DNA of 60,312 nucleotides, counting the filler, from Basidiobolus meristosporus CBS 931.73 (Eukaryota > Fungi > Basidiobolomycota): NCBI GenBank assembly GCA_002104905.1. It is 3 parts of 3 records of this genome, joined end to end, with 100 filler letters (N's around TTAATTAATTAA, not from the genome) between each part and the next. Parts side by side here need not be neighbours in the genome. Positions count along the whole stretch, not along the records: positions 45,600 to 60,312 come from MCFE01001171.1; 2 more parts are not named here. One strand, given 5' to 3'. The notes beneath the pieces are model-generated. The model was not told the origin of the DNA and ran no database searches. It worked only from the letters and a program-made list of their open reading frames with translations. Position numbers and translations under genes: made by a program. Shown in pieces: positions 57,001-60,312 of the stretch (position 1 is its first letter; each line of letters opens with the position of its first letter).

Positions 57001-58590
57001 GCTCTTGAACAGTTGTCTGGCTTGTTTCCCATATATGCAGGCTTCACAGTGCTCCAAATTAGCTGGGGGATCAGTTTTCACTCCAGAAATCAGTGATCCT
57101 GCATCCAGAATTGTCAAAACTGAAACTGAGTCCTTCTGCTGTGGCCTTGCTTACAGAGAGTAGGTTCTTGGCTATTTCTGGTACATAGAGTACTTCTTTA
57201 AAGGTCAGTGTATGGCTTCCTTCACTGCTTCTAAGGTTTACTTGGATAGTTCCTTCTCCCACTGCATCAAGTGTTCTATCGTCACCCATGAAAATCTACT
57301 TAATTGGAATTTCTTGATATTGGGTAAAAAGTTCTTTTTGGTGTGTAAAGTGTTGAGAAGCTCCAGAGTCAATATACCACGTCTGAGAATCCTTGTTTGT
57401 GGTCATATTTAGTGCAGATATGAATAGTCTATCTTCAGTTGTTGCAGCATTTCCATATTCAGGCTTCTTTTGCTGATTATCTTTCTTTTTGAGACACTGG
57501 TTGGATGTGTGTCTGTTCCTTTTGCAGTAGTTGCAAAATAGGTTGCTGTTGCCTTTGTAGGGTCTTGGGTACATCCTTTGCTGGTTATCATTGCTTATTA
57601 AAGCATTTTCTTCTTCCTTCTTATTGGCGCTTGATTTTCTTAATTCTTCATCCAGGAGCCTTCCATATACGTAATTTAAGGTCAAATCTTCAGTTCTGGA
57701 CTCTAGGGCTGATACAAGGCCCTGAAACTTGCCTGTCAGGCTATTCAGGATGGTAACTATCACATCCTCATCAGTAGTTGGTACGCGCACAGATTCCATC
57801 TCATCTACCAGCAGGGTAATTCTGTTAATTAGATTTTTCATTTCTTCTCCTGGCAGCATCTGTGTAGTAAAGAATTTTCGTCTCAGATACATCTTCTTGG
57901 CAGCTGAACATGACTGGTAGGTGTCTTCCAATGCTTTCCAGGCATTCTTTGCTGTTTTTGCTCTTGAGCATTGAATTAGCAATTTGTCCTTGACATTAAG
58001 GCAAATGCAGTTAAAGGCACTTTGTTCTTTCTTCTGGTACTTTAAGGCTTCCTCTCCCACATTTTTAGGAGGGCAATCTTCTCCCATGACAATATCCCAA
58101 AGGCCTCTTTCTTGTAGCAGCATCTTCATCTTCACCTTCCACACTTGGTAGTTAGATCCATCCAACTTTTCAGCAGAGGGAAAAATTCCAGTAATAGCAG
58201 TAGTAGACATTGCAGAGAGTGACAGCTTGGGGCTCATAACCTGTTGTAAGAGTCTTGGAGATATTGGAAGTGATATGGAGAACAAGTAGATTATGTGGTT
58301 TTCACTTAATGATTTATTGAATGTAAAAGTAGTATTTATACTTTTACCTGGTCTTGGCATTACAAACACGTAGAATAGGTTAAGGAAGGTCCCAAGAACA
58401 TGTGTGCAAAGTTTGGGGCTGTTTGGACAACTTTGAGAATTTTCATGTTCTGGGTACCTGGCATTTTGGTGAAAATATTCTAAGTAAATCCCGACAAGGA
58501 ATTTGGTCAGTATTCTCTAGGATTTGAAGGTGATGATCTAAGTGACTAAGTTAGGTGAATATTTAGGTGGAAATACAAATTTTTACAACA
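54089..58590 (-). mobile_element. Copia copy 4 with both LTRs (54089-54437, 58242-58590), disrupted pol and a ~182-bp internal deletion at ~57080
   Basis: PBS GGTTATGAGCCC at 58241-58230; gag ORF 57296-58369; pol in pieces; LTRs differ at about 4 of 349 positions; flanks CTTCT and CTATC do not match. Confidence 0.93.
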
Positions 58591-60312
58591 CTATCTAACC
58601 TATTTCTTAGCCTTACTATAACACCTACACCCTATCATGCAACAAAGCTACATGAGTTTCCCTAACCAAAAACAGAGAAACTCTCCTGACAGCCATACAC
58701 ACTCCAAGGCAATTCACCACTACTCTGCATACTCAGCTCTGGGACATATTATGAGTTCTTTGCCTCTGCAATCTTCCAACTCTATAACAAGAACAGTATC
58801 AAGACTCTACAGGGCAATGAGGCCCTCTTCCAGGAAGTTACCTTCAACAGAACAGCTGGCTAACATCTTCTTCTCTACAAAGCAGTACTCAACTCCTGGC
58901 TTTCATCCTGACTTCAAGACTCTGCCCATCCCACTTGCACTTGATCAAGGAGAATCCATAATGTGCTCAAGAGGCTTCCCAACTCTACTGCTCCAGGTGT
59001 GGACACAATCTCCTATGAGCTTCTGAAGACTAGTACCAAGGCCATGTCTGCACTTCTGCTTCCACTGTTTCAGCAATGCTCAGCCCAGCTTTCTACTCCT
59101 GAGGAATGGTCCTTTGCAAATGTTCTGCCACTGTACAAGGGTAAAGGAAAGCACCTGGATCCTAGCTCCTACAGGCCAATATCTCTGCTGCCCACCTGCA
59201 GAAAGGTGTTTGAGCTTCTGCTTGCTCAGGAGCTCTACTCTGACTCCCTCAAGTTTCATCCTGCACAGTTTGGCTTTGTTCCTGGCCTCTCCTTGGAATA
59301 TGCAGTCATACTTAGCCAAGATCACTCTCTCCAGTGCAAGTATCCCTCTGTTCTGTTTGATATTACTAAGGCCTTTGATTCAGTTGACAGAAATCTGCTT
59401 TGGTCCAAGTTGCAATGCTTCTCCAGTACCTCTCTCACCCTCCTTGTCAGGTCTCTGTTTCTGGATCCACAAGCAAGAATTCTGCACCCAAGTGAGCAAT
59501 CAGCTGTGTTCTCAGTTCCTAATGGAGTGGTTCAAGGCTCTGTGCTTGGTCCTATACTGTTTGCCATCTTCCTGAATGATTTCCCAAGACTCTCAGCTGA
59601 CTGCCTGGTTACTCTCTTTGCTGATGACATCAGAATATCCTCCTCCAATGTGCAACAAGACTCCCAGACCATCCACCAGTATCTGCAGAAGAATAATCTC
59701 CAGCTTTCCATTGCAAAGACAGTACCTTTGGGCTCTCCCATCAACTTGGAGAACTCCACTCTACCTGCTCAGGTTTCTGCTACATATCTTGGCTTTCCTT
59801 TCCTTCCTACTGGACTAGACTCTGGAGCACACCTGAAGAAGAGAATTATCCTGGCAAGACAGGCACTCCACAAGCTACTGGCTGTTACTCCTCCTACAAC
59901 TTCAGCTCCCAGCTGCCTCCTTCTACTCAAGCAGTTTGTCTTCCCTGTCCTGGAATTTGGCTTACCACTTCTCTCTCTTACTTCTAGAGACTGCACTAAG
60001 CTTGACAAGTTTGCAGTATGGTGCATTACCTCCTTGGTGCCTCATTTGCCTGAATGCCCCTACAGACATGCTATTCTTGGTGCTTTTGGGTTTATGCCCT
60101 ATAAGATCAGACTTCTCTACCTTAGAACCAGATTATACCTCAGACTTCACAACTGCAACAACCCACTGATTAAGGCCTGGAAGAGAACACACCACACTAC
60201 ACCTGAGCTCCTGCTGGAGAACTATACTTGGAGATCCTGAAGTCAAGAAGTTTGCTCACTATATTCTGCAGTCAGAAAAACCCAAGCTGGCCTACCTGAA
60301 GTACTTGACAGA
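58591..60312 (+). mobile_element. LINE (related to family B): RT region with two frameshifts, 5' part absent, runs off the window
   Basis: APGVDTI, YRPISLL, FDITKAFDSV, VQGSVLGP, LFADDI, TYLGFP; frameshifts at ~58960 and ~60200, the second frame continuing LSSCWRTILG...SEKPKL. Confidence 0.88.

Overview
Eukaryotic, transposon-saturated DNA, most likely fungal. The fungal call is an inference from the TE families and one secreted-protein gene; the organism cannot be named. Two identical 100-bp spacers (44 N + TTAATTAATTAA + 44 N, at 18556-18655 and 45500-45599) split the window into three contigs, so adjacency across them is unproven. Mobile content: five copies of one Ty1/Copia family of different ages, with a copia/Ty5-type internal tRNAiMet PBS; remnants of three Ty3/Gypsy families, including a 1.07-kb LTR family with 4-bp CpG-centred target duplications; several CACTA/EnSpm copies with CCCTA termini; a PIF/Harbinger-like family with AGACTTG termini, 3-bp ANT target duplications and MITEs; and four LINEs. 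Three of the LINEs form a head-to-tail array whose junctions are telomere-like CCCCTA(ACCCTA), and the middle one has an intact 1015-aa ORF in which I found no CpG. Repeats are strongly CpG-depleted. The one CpG-normal island (18656-~22941) holds the only clear host gene, a secreted protein with a Cys-rich N-terminal module and two copies of an unrecognised 115-aa domain. No rRNA, tRNA or CRISPR array was found. Coordinates were read by eye; those marked ~ are approximate.
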